A stretch of 62,991 bases of DNA from Bacteroidales bacterium (GCA_038212325.1 JBBQUQ010000005.1:1-62991), one strand, 5' to 3'; numbered from the stretch's first letter, positions 50,214-58,518 are shown. Numbers and translations are program-made. The notes: a model not told the origin generated them from the letters alone.

Positions 50214-50258
50214 CTGCATTGCCTGCATTGTTTTCATTGCCTGCATTGCCTGCGTCCT
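50214..50258. repeat. 5 tandem copies of the 9-mer CTGCATTGC (2 perfect, 3 degenerate)
   Basis: Read directly, abutting the stop codon of the lipoprotein gene. Confidence 0.85.
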
Positions 50259-50929
50259 TATTTTGCAGCCACTTTCACCAGGCCGTATTTCTTCCAGTCA
50301 GCATAAATGTACTGGGCAATGCCCAAGGCCGACTGATCAATATACTGGGGATCGGTAACCGTGATATCGCCGGTCCATACGGCATCTTTTGAACCCTTGA
50401 TATAAAGGCTTGCCCGCAGGTTTACAACAGCAGTAGTGGTCCAGTACCCACCGGTTGAAACGGTGTTGCCATAATATCCGCCGCCACCGTAATAGCCGCC
50501 ACCGTAATATCCGCCACCCCAGTAGCCGCCACCCCAATAGCCACCGTATCCGCCGGTGACATAAGTGGTCTGAGGAACATAGCTCTCCGTTTTATCGGTA
50601 CCCTTGTAAACGAAAACGAGAATCGCATCAGCGCCCAGGCTGTCACATTTGCGCTTGATGTCATCAATCGGGTATTTGATGTTCGGGTTTAAAAAATCAA
50701 GCGAACCTATGGCCTTGAGCCCTTGTTTCATAAAATAGGCATCCATCGTTTGCTCAAATGGCTTCATGTACTCCAGTTTGTCGAACAACGGCATGACAAC
50801 CACGTTTGAAATCTGCGATTTATTGTCCGGGTTCTTCCAACTGGTCAGGGTGACCGGCGAACCGCATGAACTTAAGATAAAAGCAGCAACGACTGCATAA
50901 AGACCAAGGTAAATTTTTCCTGTTTTCAT
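50258..50929 (-). CDS. lipoprotein with Gly/Tyr/Trp-rich low-complexity insert (DUF4136-like)
   Basis: Lipobox FILSSCGS, with a GGYGGYWGGGYWGGGYYGGGYYGGGGYYG segment. The start was trimmed to the ATG at 50929. Confidence 0.7.
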   Translation of the reverse strand: MKTGKIYLGLYAVVAAFILSSCGSPVTLTSWKNPDNKSQISNVVVMPLFDKLEYMKPFEQTMDAYFMKQGLKAIGSLDFLNPNIKYPIDDIKRKCDSLGADAILVFVYKGTDKTESYVPQTTYVTGGYGGYWGGGYWGGGYYGGGYYGGGGYYGNTVSTGGYWTTTAVVNLRASLYIKGSKDAVWTGDITVTDPQYIDQSALGIAQYIYADWKKYGLVKVAAK

Positions 50930-50945
50930 AGAGGGCGTTTTTTGG

Positions 50946-50953
50946 CAAATATA
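50946..50953 (-). promoter_or_regulatory. candidate -7 box TATATTTG for the lipoprotein gene
   Basis: TAnnTTTG match 17 nt upstream of the ATG at 50929. Confidence 0.45.
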
Positions 50954-51014
50954 CTGCAATAAAAAAGGAAATTCAAATAATCAGTTTCTCATTCAATTAA
51001 TCCGTGAGGTAATA

Positions 51015-51022
51015 TATATTTG
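51015..51022 (+). promoter_or_regulatory. candidate -7 box TATATTTG for TMTC-like paralog 2
   Basis: TAnnTTTG match 46 nt upstream of the ATG at 51068. Confidence 0.45.
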
Positions 51023-51067
51023 CATCCTTCTTTCAATGGCATATTGCAGATTATAAAAGGTTGTATC

Positions 51068-52705
51068 ATGGTCAAGGCCAAAAACTCTCCCAAACTTCTC
51101 AGCAAGGGGCTTCCGCTGATCTGGTTCGCGATCGCAGCTTTTTTACTCTATGGGCAATCCATCAGTTTCCACTACACCTACCTTGATGATCAAAGCCTGA
51201 TCCTGAATAGCATGGACAAGCTGAGGTCGTTAACCTTTTTGGGGAAGGCATTCAGCGAAGATGTTTTTCACTCCCCATCCGGCAGTGGATTTTATTACCG
51301 GCCCCTTCTTACACTCACCTTCATGGCCGATGCGATGATCGGACGGGGTAACTTCGCAATGTTTCATGTTGCTAACATCTTCTACCATATCCTGGCCGTT
51401 TTCCTTCTCTACCTGTTTTTTATCGAAACCGGGGCAGACCGGGTGAGGTCCTTTCTCTTCGCAATGCTATTCCTGGCTCATCCGATGGTGGTTCAGGCCG
51501 TGGCATGGGTTCCGGGACGCAATGACTCTCTTCTCGCCATCCTGATCCTCGCATCATTCCTCTCCTGGATCAAATTTTTGAAAAGCAACAGCAACCGACA
51601 TCTACTGCTTCACCTGATGTTTTACCTGCTTGCGCTGCTCACCAAGGAAAATGCCATTGTCCTTCCTTTTCTGATTGTATTTTACAGTGCATTTATTTGC
51701 CGCACCCCGCTCAAACTCTTTACTATTCCCCTGGCTGGTTGGATGGTTCTCACCGCGACATGGGCCATCGTCAGGTACCACGCCCTTGGGGGCGAACATG
51801 GAGCCACCCTCTCCTATCAGCTTCTGTCTGTTGCAAGGAGCTTGCCTGCTGTACTGCCCTTCCTTGGGAAAGGGCTTTTTCCAGTCGACCTGTCGGTGTT
51901 CCCGATCCTGACCGACATGAAGGTGTCGCTCTTTCTTGGGATTGCTGCAATCGGGATACTGATTTTCCTGGCAACTATCACAAAGCCGAAGGCATGGTTT
52001 TATTATATCTTTTGTATTCTCTGGTTCCTGGCATTCCTGCTTCCGTCATTTGTTTCAGTCAACCAACAGATACCGAATTTCTCGGAGCATCGCATGTATC
52101 TTTCCCTGCCTGCCATATTGCTCTTCATGATGGGATGCAAACCGGTTAAGAACACCGATTTTTCACACTTCATGCCTGTCGCTTCCATTATTGGTGTCTG
52201 TCTGGTTTTCTGCATTGTGAGTTTCCTTCACACCCTGAATTTCAAAGATCGGTTTGCTTTCTGGCATAATGCTGTGGATTCATCGCCCTCCCATGCCTTT
52301 AATTACAACAACCTGGGCGCCATGTATTTTCTTGCAGGCGATATGACCAAAGCAGAACCGTTATTCCGGCAAGCACTGAAGATAAATCCCAGGGAACCCA
52401 TGGCCAACAGCAACACCGGGCTCATCTGCATGAACACGAACCGGCCTGCCGATGCTGAAAAATACTTCCTTGAGGAGATTCGCATCAACCCCCGTTACGA
52501 ACATGCCTACTTCAACCTCGGATTGCTTTACTTCAACCATTCCCGGCAGGAAGAGGGCATCCGGCAATGGGAAAAGGTACTTACGTTCAACCACACCTAT
52601 GAGGATGCCTTCAAGGCGCTGCTTTTTGCATATGAAAAATCGGGACGCACGGCTGATTATGAACGGATCATGGTGATGGGGAAAGCTAATGGGGTTATCC
52701 CGTAA
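51068..52705 (+). CDS. TMTC/PMT_2-like GT-C-fold membrane protein with C-terminal TPR repeats (paralog 2)
   Basis: Carries the same motif series as 45316-47154: YLDD in the first loop, YYRPLLTLTF, FHV.N...H and HPMVVQAVAWVPGRNDSL. TPR units follow at the C-terminus. The ATG at 51068 is preferred over the TTG at 51020. Confidence 0.75.
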   Translation: MVKAKNSPKLLSKGLPLIWFAIAAFLLYGQSISFHYTYLDDQSLILNSMDKLRSLTFLGKAFSEDVFHSPSGSGFYYRPLLTLTFMADAMIGRGNFAMFHVANIFYHILAVFLLYLFFIETGADRVRSFLFAMLFLAHPMVVQAVAWVPGRNDSLLAILILASFLSWIKFLKSNSNRHLLLHLMFYLLALLTKENAIVLPFLIVFYSAFICRTPLKLFTIPLAGWMVLTATWAIVRYHALGGEHGATLSYQLLSVARSLPAVLPFLGKGLFPVDLSVFPILTDMKVSLFLGIAAIGILIFLATITKPKAWFYYIFCILWFLAFLLPSFVSVNQQIPNFSEHRMYLSLPAILLFMMGCKPVKNTDFSHFMPVASIIGVCLVFCIVSFLHTLNFKDRFAFWHNAVDSSPSHAFNYNNLGAMYFLAGDMTKAEPLFRQALKINPREPMANSNTGLICMNTNRPADAEKYFLEEIRINPRYEHAYFNLGLLYFNHSRQEEGIRQWEKVLTFNHTYEDAFKALLFAYEKSGRTADYERIMVMGKANGVIP

Positions 52706-52718
52706 CCACCAACACAGG

Positions 52719-52904
52719 CTACCTGTTGATAATCACCCTCCTGGTCAGCGTAATTTCCTCGGTGTGTACAACAAGCAGGTAAATGGACGCCGGCAAACTT
52801 GCCACATTAAAAATAACAGTCGCCTGGTGCGATGTGCCCGTTCCCGGAAAAGAAAATGATAGAGCCAACATTAAGTATTTCAAATCCGAACATATCTGGC
52901 TTCA
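52719..52904 (-). pseudogene. frameshifted relic of a T9SS C-terminal sorting domain
   Basis: The minus-strand frame ending at TAG (52719-52721) reads ..TVIFNVASLPASIYLLVVHTEEITLTRRVIINR, a CTD tail. A neighbouring frame reads FGFEILNVGSIIFFSGNGHIAPGD, the preceding CTD strand. No upstream gene body is present. Confidence 0.45.
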
Positions 52905-53019
52905 GGTAAATTTCTTAGGATCAGGATCAAATCCTTCCCTGATATGCCATAACCAAAAATGGTGAACAGGTCATCCTCCATCTGCATGATGAGCGATACG
53001 ACCTCAGTTTATGCTTTGG

Positions 53020-53478
53020 TTAATACTTGTAATATATCTTGCTGACGATTTTCCAGTCATCACCGAATTTGTATAAAAACTGGTAGTCAACAAAAGTCAG
53101 TTTCGTGCCAACATAAAATTCGAATTTGGCCGTAGCTGCATTCCCTGTTACATCCACGAATAGGAATTTCACTGAAATCCGCTCATCGGCTTTCCTCGGC
53201 AATTTTCCTGAGGCAAGGCGGGCTTTTATTTTGGTTTTCCATTCCGTTAAGCTGTATTTTTCCAATTCACCATTTTTACCCGGGCTAAGCAGTTCAAACC
53301 CGGGATGGAATCCCTGGTTGATTTTCATCGTATCGCCTTCGTTCTGGAGGCCTTCGACATAAGCTGTCTGGATGGTTTTTTTGATCAGTTGTACGTCTGT
53401 CTCATTGCTGGCCTGCTGCTGGGCCTGAACCGACTGGCCGACAACCAGCATAATTAAGAATAAAAACAGGTTTTTCAT
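53020..53478 (-). CDS. secreted NTF2/SnoaL-like fold protein
   Basis: Signal peptide MKNLFLFLIMLVVGQSVQAQ followed by about 130 aa with an alpha+beta cone-like pattern. The family assignment is tentative. Confidence 0.65.
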   Translation of the reverse strand: MKNLFLFLIMLVVGQSVQAQQQASNETDVQLIKKTIQTAYVEGLQNEGDTMKINQGFHPGFELLSPGKNGELEKYSLTEWKTKIKARLASGKLPRKADERISVKFLFVDVTGNAATAKFEFYVGTKLTFVDYQFLYKFGDDWKIVSKIYYKY

Positions 53479-53502
53479 GAGAGGATGGTTTGGTAGATGG
53501 TG

Positions 53503-53510
53503 CAAAGATA
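53503..53510 (-). promoter_or_regulatory. candidate -7 box TATCTTTG for the NTF2-like gene
   Basis: TAnnTTTG match 25 nt upstream of the ATG at 53478. Confidence 0.45.
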
Positions 53511-53640
53511 ATTATCCGGACGATAAATTTAGAAAATACTCGCATACCCTTGCCACCGGGCGTGAACCCCATAAAGACCTGGCCACATCTTCCGGAGCAA
53601 CTCGCCGGTGCCAATGGCATTTGCAATGATTTTCACCGGG

Positions 53641-54549
53641 TTACCCGCCCGCCTGGGCAATGATCCCATACGATGCGAACAAAATGATCGACCTCTTAAG
53701 TGATTGTTTGCCGGGTTCTTCCATGAATGCAAATTCTTCTCCCCTTCCGAGCTTCGCATACTTGTGCCGGGCAATGGCATGGTAAGGCAACAGGTGAACC
53801 TCCGGGATTTTCCCCGGGAGGGAGCTGATGAATTCTGCAGTTTTCCTGATGTTTTCTTCGTCATCATTGATCCTGGCAACCAGGGGAATCCGGATAATGA
53901 TGTGAGCCCCTGTGGCAGCGAGGGTTCTGAGGTTGGCGAATATCCTGTCATTTTTCACGCCGGTCCACTGTTCATGCAGATCTTCATCCATGATCTTAAG
54001 GTCATATAAAAACAGGTCGGTCCGTTTTGCAACTTCCTGCATGATCTCCCGACTTGCATGACCAGCCGTATCCACCGCACGGTGAATTCCCTTTTTACCG
54101 CATTCGTCAAGCAGTTCAATCAACATCTCCGAATAGACAAGCGGTTCTCCCCCTGAAAACGTGACGCCGCCCCCCGACTGATCGAAAAATATCCGCTCTT
54201 TTTCAATGACATCCATGATTTCGGCAACCGTCATCGACTTTCCCGACATCTCAATCGCCTTTGTGGGACACACTTCGGCGCACCTGCCGCACATCGTGCA
54301 ACGTGCCATGTCGGTGGCTATGCCGTGAGCGGTAAGGGCGATGGCCTGTTCCGGGCAAACGGCCACACAGGTGCCGCAGCTGATGCATTTTGCCGGCGTG
54401 TAAAGTTTCTCGGGCTTTGCCGTGATGCCTTCCGGGTTATGGCACCAGGCACAACGCAGGTTGCAGCCCTTGAAAAAGACCACCAGCCGGATGCCCGGGC
54501 CATCGTTGATCGCGTAGCGCTTTATATCAAAAATCAATCCTCCGGTCAT
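53641..54549 (-). CDS. glycyl-radical enzyme activating protein (radical SAM, with two auxiliary ferredoxin-type clusters)
   Basis: YAINDGPGIR..VFFKGCNLRCAWCHNPE (CX3CX2C), plus CISCGTCVAVCP and CTMCGRCAEVCP. The start was trimmed to the ATG at 54549, because the ORF-track extension translates the 15-mer repeat. Confidence 0.9.
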   Translation of the reverse strand: MTGGLIFDIKRYAINDGPGIRLVVFFKGCNLRCAWCHNPEGITAKPEKLYTPAKCISCGTCVAVCPEQAIALTAHGIATDMARCTMCGRCAEVCPTKAIEMSGKSMTVAEIMDVIEKERIFFDQSGGGVTFSGGEPLVYSEMLIELLDECGKKGIHRAVDTAGHASREIMQEVAKRTDLFLYDLKIMDEDLHEQWTGVKNDRIFANLRTLAATGAHIIIRIPLVARINDDEENIRKTAEFISSLPGKIPEVHLLPYHAIARHKYAKLGRGEEFAFMEEPGKQSLKRSIILFASYGIIAQAGG

Positions 54550-54584
54550 CCCATTCCCATATTCGTCATTCCCATATTTCCAAC
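54548..54584. repeat. about 2.3 copies of the family A 15-mer (ATTCGTCATTCCCAT variant)
   Basis: Read directly. It fills the 35-nt spacer between the GRE stop and the activase ATG. Confidence 0.9.
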
Positions 54585-57047
54585 TCAAAACACATCATTC
54601 TCAGTCCGTTCAATAACCTCCTGCTGCAAATCTGCATTCATGTCGTTGAAATAATCGCTGTACCCGGCCATCCTGACAAGCAGGTCGCGGTAATCTTCAG
54701 GGCAGGCCTGTGCCGCCAGCAAGGTGGCTGTATCTACAATGTTAAACTGAATGTGGTGTCCGCCCAGGGTGAAATAACTCCTGACCAGCTGGCCCAGCTT
54801 TTTAACGTCCTCCTCTTTTTTCATCAGGCTGGGAAGAAACCGCTGGTTGAGCAAGGTCCCGCCAGATTTTACATGGTCGAGCTTTGTCAGCGATTTCACC
54901 ACCGATGAGGGCCCATGGGTATCGGCGCCATGAGATGGAGAGGTTCCGTCGGATATTGATTTGCCAGCCAGGCGGCCGTTGGGTGTCGCTCCCATCACTT
55001 TGCCGAAATAGACATGGCAGGTGGTCGAAAGCATGTTCAGGTGGTACTTCCCTCCCGGCTTGATATTGGGCTTCCCGTCGATGGCCTCAACCAGGTCGTC
55101 GTAAACCTTCACAGCAATCTCGTCGGCATAATCATCATCATTCCCGAAAAACGGGGTCCGGTTGATGATCGTCTGGCGCAGCACCTCCTCCCCTCCAAAA
55201 TTTTTTGATACCGCATCGAGGAGCCTGGAAATGCCGAAGGTTTTCTTTTCAAAAACATGCTTTTTCATCGCAGCCAGGCTGTCGGTCACCGTTCCCAACC
55301 CGCAGCATTGTATATAGCTGGTATTGTATCGCGGACCACCGTCATAATAATCCCTGCCTTTGGCGATGCAGTCGTCGATAACCACTGAAAGAAATGGCGC
55401 AGGAGCATATTTTGCAAACATCCGGTCAATGTAGTTGCTCACCCTCATTTTCTGGCCCACAACGTAATTCAGCTGCTTTAAAAAGGCCGCATACATCTCG
55501 TCATACGTTGCAAACAAACGTGGATCACCCGTTTCGGTCCCTGCCGCTTTCCCTGTAACAGGGTCAATTCCGTTGTTGAGGGTAATTTCAAGGATTTTCG
55601 GAACATTAAGGTAACCTGTGAGCAGGTAAGCCTCCTTGCCGAATGCACCCACTTCGATACATCCGCTGCAGCCCCCTTCGCGTGCGTCGTTCAGCGATTT
55701 TCCCTGGCGCAGCATTTCCAGGATGTAGATGTCGGGATTGAAAACCGAGGGATAACCATGCCCCTGGCGTATCACGTGCGCGGCAGCATGCAGGAATTTA
55801 TCCGGTGTTTTTGCACTGATGTGCACTGAGTTCCCCGGCTGCAGAATATGGAGCTCTTCGATCACTTCAAGCATGATATAGGAAACCTCGCTGGTGCCGT
55901 CGCTACCGTCGCCCTTTACCCCACCGATATTGATGTTGGTGAAATCGTTGTAGGTGCCGCTCTCCCGCGCGGTAATGCCGACCTTCGGGGGCGCGGGATG
56001 GTTATTGACCTTGATCCAGAAACAGGAGATAAGTTCTTTGGCTTCGTGCCTCGATAGTGATCCTGCTGCAATTTCCCGCTCATAAAACAGGGCGAGGTGC
56101 TGGTCGAAATGGCCGGGGTTCATCGCATCCCAGCCGTTCAGTTCGGTAATGGTGCCCAGGTGAACGAACCAGTACATCTGGATGGCTTCCCAAAAATTCC
56201 GCGGTGCGTGTGCCGGAACCCGCCGGCAAACTTCGGCGATCCTCTTCAATTCGGCCCTGCGGGCCGGATCAAACTCCTCCTCAGCCAGGGTATCAGCCAG
56301 TGCTGCATGACGTTCTGCAAAAACGATCACCGCATCGCAGGCAATGTCCATAGCTTTCCATTGTTCCGACTTATCGGTGGCCTCCGGATCATTCAGGAAG
56401 TCAAGCGATGCCAGGTTCGCCGTGATCTCATTTTTAAAATCCAGCATTCCCTTCCGGTAGATCTTTCCATCAAGTGCGGTATGCCCTGGTGCCCGTTGCT
56501 CCATGAATTCGGTGAAAAGCCCAGCCTCATAGGCCGCCGTCCATTCCGGCGGAACATGGCTGAAGATCCGCTCGCGCTGGGTCTTGCCTGCCCAGTAAGG
56601 GATCACCTCCTTTGCATAGATGTCAATGTCGGTTTGACTGATGGTATACCGTTGCATATCCCTGGTGTTCAGCACATGAAAATCTTCAACGCTGTGGCAG
56701 GTCAGTTCAGGAAAGGTCGGCACTACCTTGGGTGCAGGCCCACGTTCCCCAACAATCAGTTCGCCTTCGCCCAGGTAGATGGTCTTTTTCAGGCAATGGT
56801 CAAGAAACGTCATTGCACGCAACACCGGGATAGAACATGTTCCATAATGCTCCTTGTAGAAAGCCGTTTCATGCAGGGCACGTTCAACAGACAGCGATGG
56901 CTGGGTTTCAACACTGAGTTTGCGGAGTTTCCTGATCCGTTCATTCATGCCGGGGCCTATCGGATTTTTTACCGGCTGGTAAAAATTACCCTCTGTGCTT
57001 GCGGGCCTCAATGGCATTGCAGTATGTGCGGTTATCTTTTCAAACAT
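54585..57047 (-). CDS. glycyl radical enzyme, PFL2/glycerol-dehydratase-like (eliminase-type) family, substrate unknown
   Basis: C-terminal glycyl-radical motif VRMAGYSDYF, thiyl loop GGCSGCIEVG (Cys-x-Glu), and an N-terminal R..KLR......P.LS.ERA...T..YKE region. The start was trimmed to the ATG at 57047. Confidence 0.9.
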   Translation of the reverse strand: MFEKITAHTAMPLRPASTEGNFYQPVKNPIGPGMNERIRKLRKLSVETQPSLSVERALHETAFYKEHYGTCSIPVLRAMTFLDHCLKKTIYLGEGELIVGERGPAPKVVPTFPELTCHSVEDFHVLNTRDMQRYTISQTDIDIYAKEVIPYWAGKTQRERIFSHVPPEWTAAYEAGLFTEFMEQRAPGHTALDGKIYRKGMLDFKNEITANLASLDFLNDPEATDKSEQWKAMDIACDAVIVFAERHAALADTLAEEEFDPARRAELKRIAEVCRRVPAHAPRNFWEAIQMYWFVHLGTITELNGWDAMNPGHFDQHLALFYEREIAAGSLSRHEAKELISCFWIKVNNHPAPPKVGITARESGTYNDFTNINIGGVKGDGSDGTSEVSYIMLEVIEELHILQPGNSVHISAKTPDKFLHAAAHVIRQGHGYPSVFNPDIYILEMLRQGKSLNDAREGGCSGCIEVGAFGKEAYLLTGYLNVPKILEITLNNGIDPVTGKAAGTETGDPRLFATYDEMYAAFLKQLNYVVGQKMRVSNYIDRMFAKYAPAPFLSVVIDDCIAKGRDYYDGGPRYNTSYIQCCGLGTVTDSLAAMKKHVFEKKTFGISRLLDAVSKNFGGEEVLRQTIINRTPFFGNDDDYADEIAVKVYDDLVEAIDGKPNIKPGGKYHLNMLSTTCHVYFGKVMGATPNGRLAGKSISDGTSPSHGADTHGPSSVVKSLTKLDHVKSGGTLLNQRFLPSLMKKEEDVKKLGQLVRSYFTLGGHHIQFNIVDTATLLAAQACPEDYRDLLVRMAGYSDYFNDMNADLQQEVIERTENDVF

Positions 57048-57419
57048 GACGTATCTCTTGGGGAATAAACCTGAATGACAGTTGGTTAAAATATATTTCC
57101 GAAAACTTCTGTATGCCATTTGTGCGCTTTTGTGCCTCCGGTGAGTCCTTTGCGGTTATTTCTTCGTGTCCGCAAAGACGCTGAAGTTCTCAGGAATCGC
57201 ACAATAAAACAAGGCCTCGGAAATATTAATTGTAGAACATCAGGCAACTGAACAGGCGCCTGTAACTTTTTAGAAGGGTCGGCTTATAAACGATTGTTTT
57301 CATATGGCCGGAATGAGACGTACAAAAGTACCACATTGCCCGGATAAATCAAAATATGCATGCGTTTTTTCGAGACCGGATTCGATTTTCGTATCTTTAC
57401 AAACATCAAAACATCCGTC

Positions 57420-58442
57420 ATGGCCATACTTAAAAGATTCATTGTTCCCACTGCATTGATGGGCATAGTCCTCCTGTCCGTCACAGGATGTTCAGAAAAA
57501 AATGAAGATCCCGTGGTCGACAATCCTGCTATCCCTTCTGTGACCACAGATATTGTAACAGCCATCCTTCAAAATTCTGCTTCCGGTGGCGGAACGGTCA
57601 CCTCCGACGGCGGTTCGCCTGTAACCCTGCGCGGAGTTTGCTGGAGCAAATCACCGGAACCAACAATCGCCGATGCCAAAACGGATGACAGTGCCGGATC
57701 AGGCCATTTTACAAGCCAGGTAACTGACCTCGACACCAATACTCTTTATTATGTCAGGGCGTTTGCCACCAACAGCCAGGGAACGGCTTATGGCAACACC
57801 CGGTCATTCACCACGTTAAAAGCGGTAACCTATGCCCCAATCGTCGACATCGATGGCAACAAATACCCGGTTTTCAGGGTTGGCCTGAAGCTGTGGTTGA
57901 TGAAAAACCTCATGGTAACCCACTATCGAAATGGTGATCCCATCCCGAAGGTGACCCCTGATACACAATGGAAAACCCTTACCACCGGGGCATATTGCAT
58001 CTATGATAACCAGGCTCCCAATGAGACTGTTTATGGAAACCTTTACAACTGGCAAGCCCTGAACGACAGCCGCGGGTTATGTCCCGGGGGCTGGCATGTG
58101 CCCTCCGGCGCTGAATGGGCGGCGCTTGGTGATTCCCTTGGTGGCGTCAATGTTGCCGGCGGGAAGATGAAATCACCAGGCACCATCGAAGGAGGTACCG
58201 GTCTCTGGTTTGCGCCAAATACCGGGGCGACCAATTCCAGTGGATTCGCAGGGATTCCGGGCGGTTACCGCATCAACTATGGGACGTACTATTCACTTGG
58301 AAACGTAGGCTATTTCTGGTCTTCCACCGACACGGCCTCCGTCAGTGCCTGGAACTATATCCTCGATGCCAACAACGGGGAACTGAAGCGGAACTTCAAC
58401 CTGAAGACCAACGGGTTTTCGGTGCGCTGCTGCAAGGATTGA
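57420..58442 (+). CDS. lipoprotein with Fibrobacter succinogenes major paralogous (FISUMP) domain
   Basis: Lipobox LLSVTGCSE, Ig-like repeats, then YGNLYNW.A.......CP.GWHVPS..EW..L...GFAGIPGGYR...FWSST, typical of the TIGR02145-type domain. Confidence 0.8.
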   Translation: MAILKRFIVPTALMGIVLLSVTGCSEKNEDPVVDNPAIPSVTTDIVTAILQNSASGGGTVTSDGGSPVTLRGVCWSKSPEPTIADAKTDDSAGSGHFTSQVTDLDTNTLYYVRAFATNSQGTAYGNTRSFTTLKAVTYAPIVDIDGNKYPVFRVGLKLWLMKNLMVTHYRNGDPIPKVTPDTQWKTLTTGAYCIYDNQAPNETVYGNLYNWQALNDSRGLCPGGWHVPSGAEWAALGDSLGGVNVAGGKMKSPGTIEGGTGLWFAPNTGATNSSGFAGIPGGYRINYGTYYSLGNVGYFWSSTDTASVSAWNYILDANNGELKRNFNLKTNGFSVRCCKD

Positions 58443-58510
58443 CTCAAAAGTGTTTTTCATTTGTCTTTTTTCATTCCGCAATACAGGCCTCCGGATCCCA
58501 GAAAAATGTG

Positions 58511-58518
58511 TACCTTTG
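58511..58518 (+). promoter_or_regulatory. candidate -7 box TACCTTTG for ABC-F gene 1
   Basis: TAnnTTTG match 51 nt upstream of the ATG at 58569. Confidence 0.45.
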
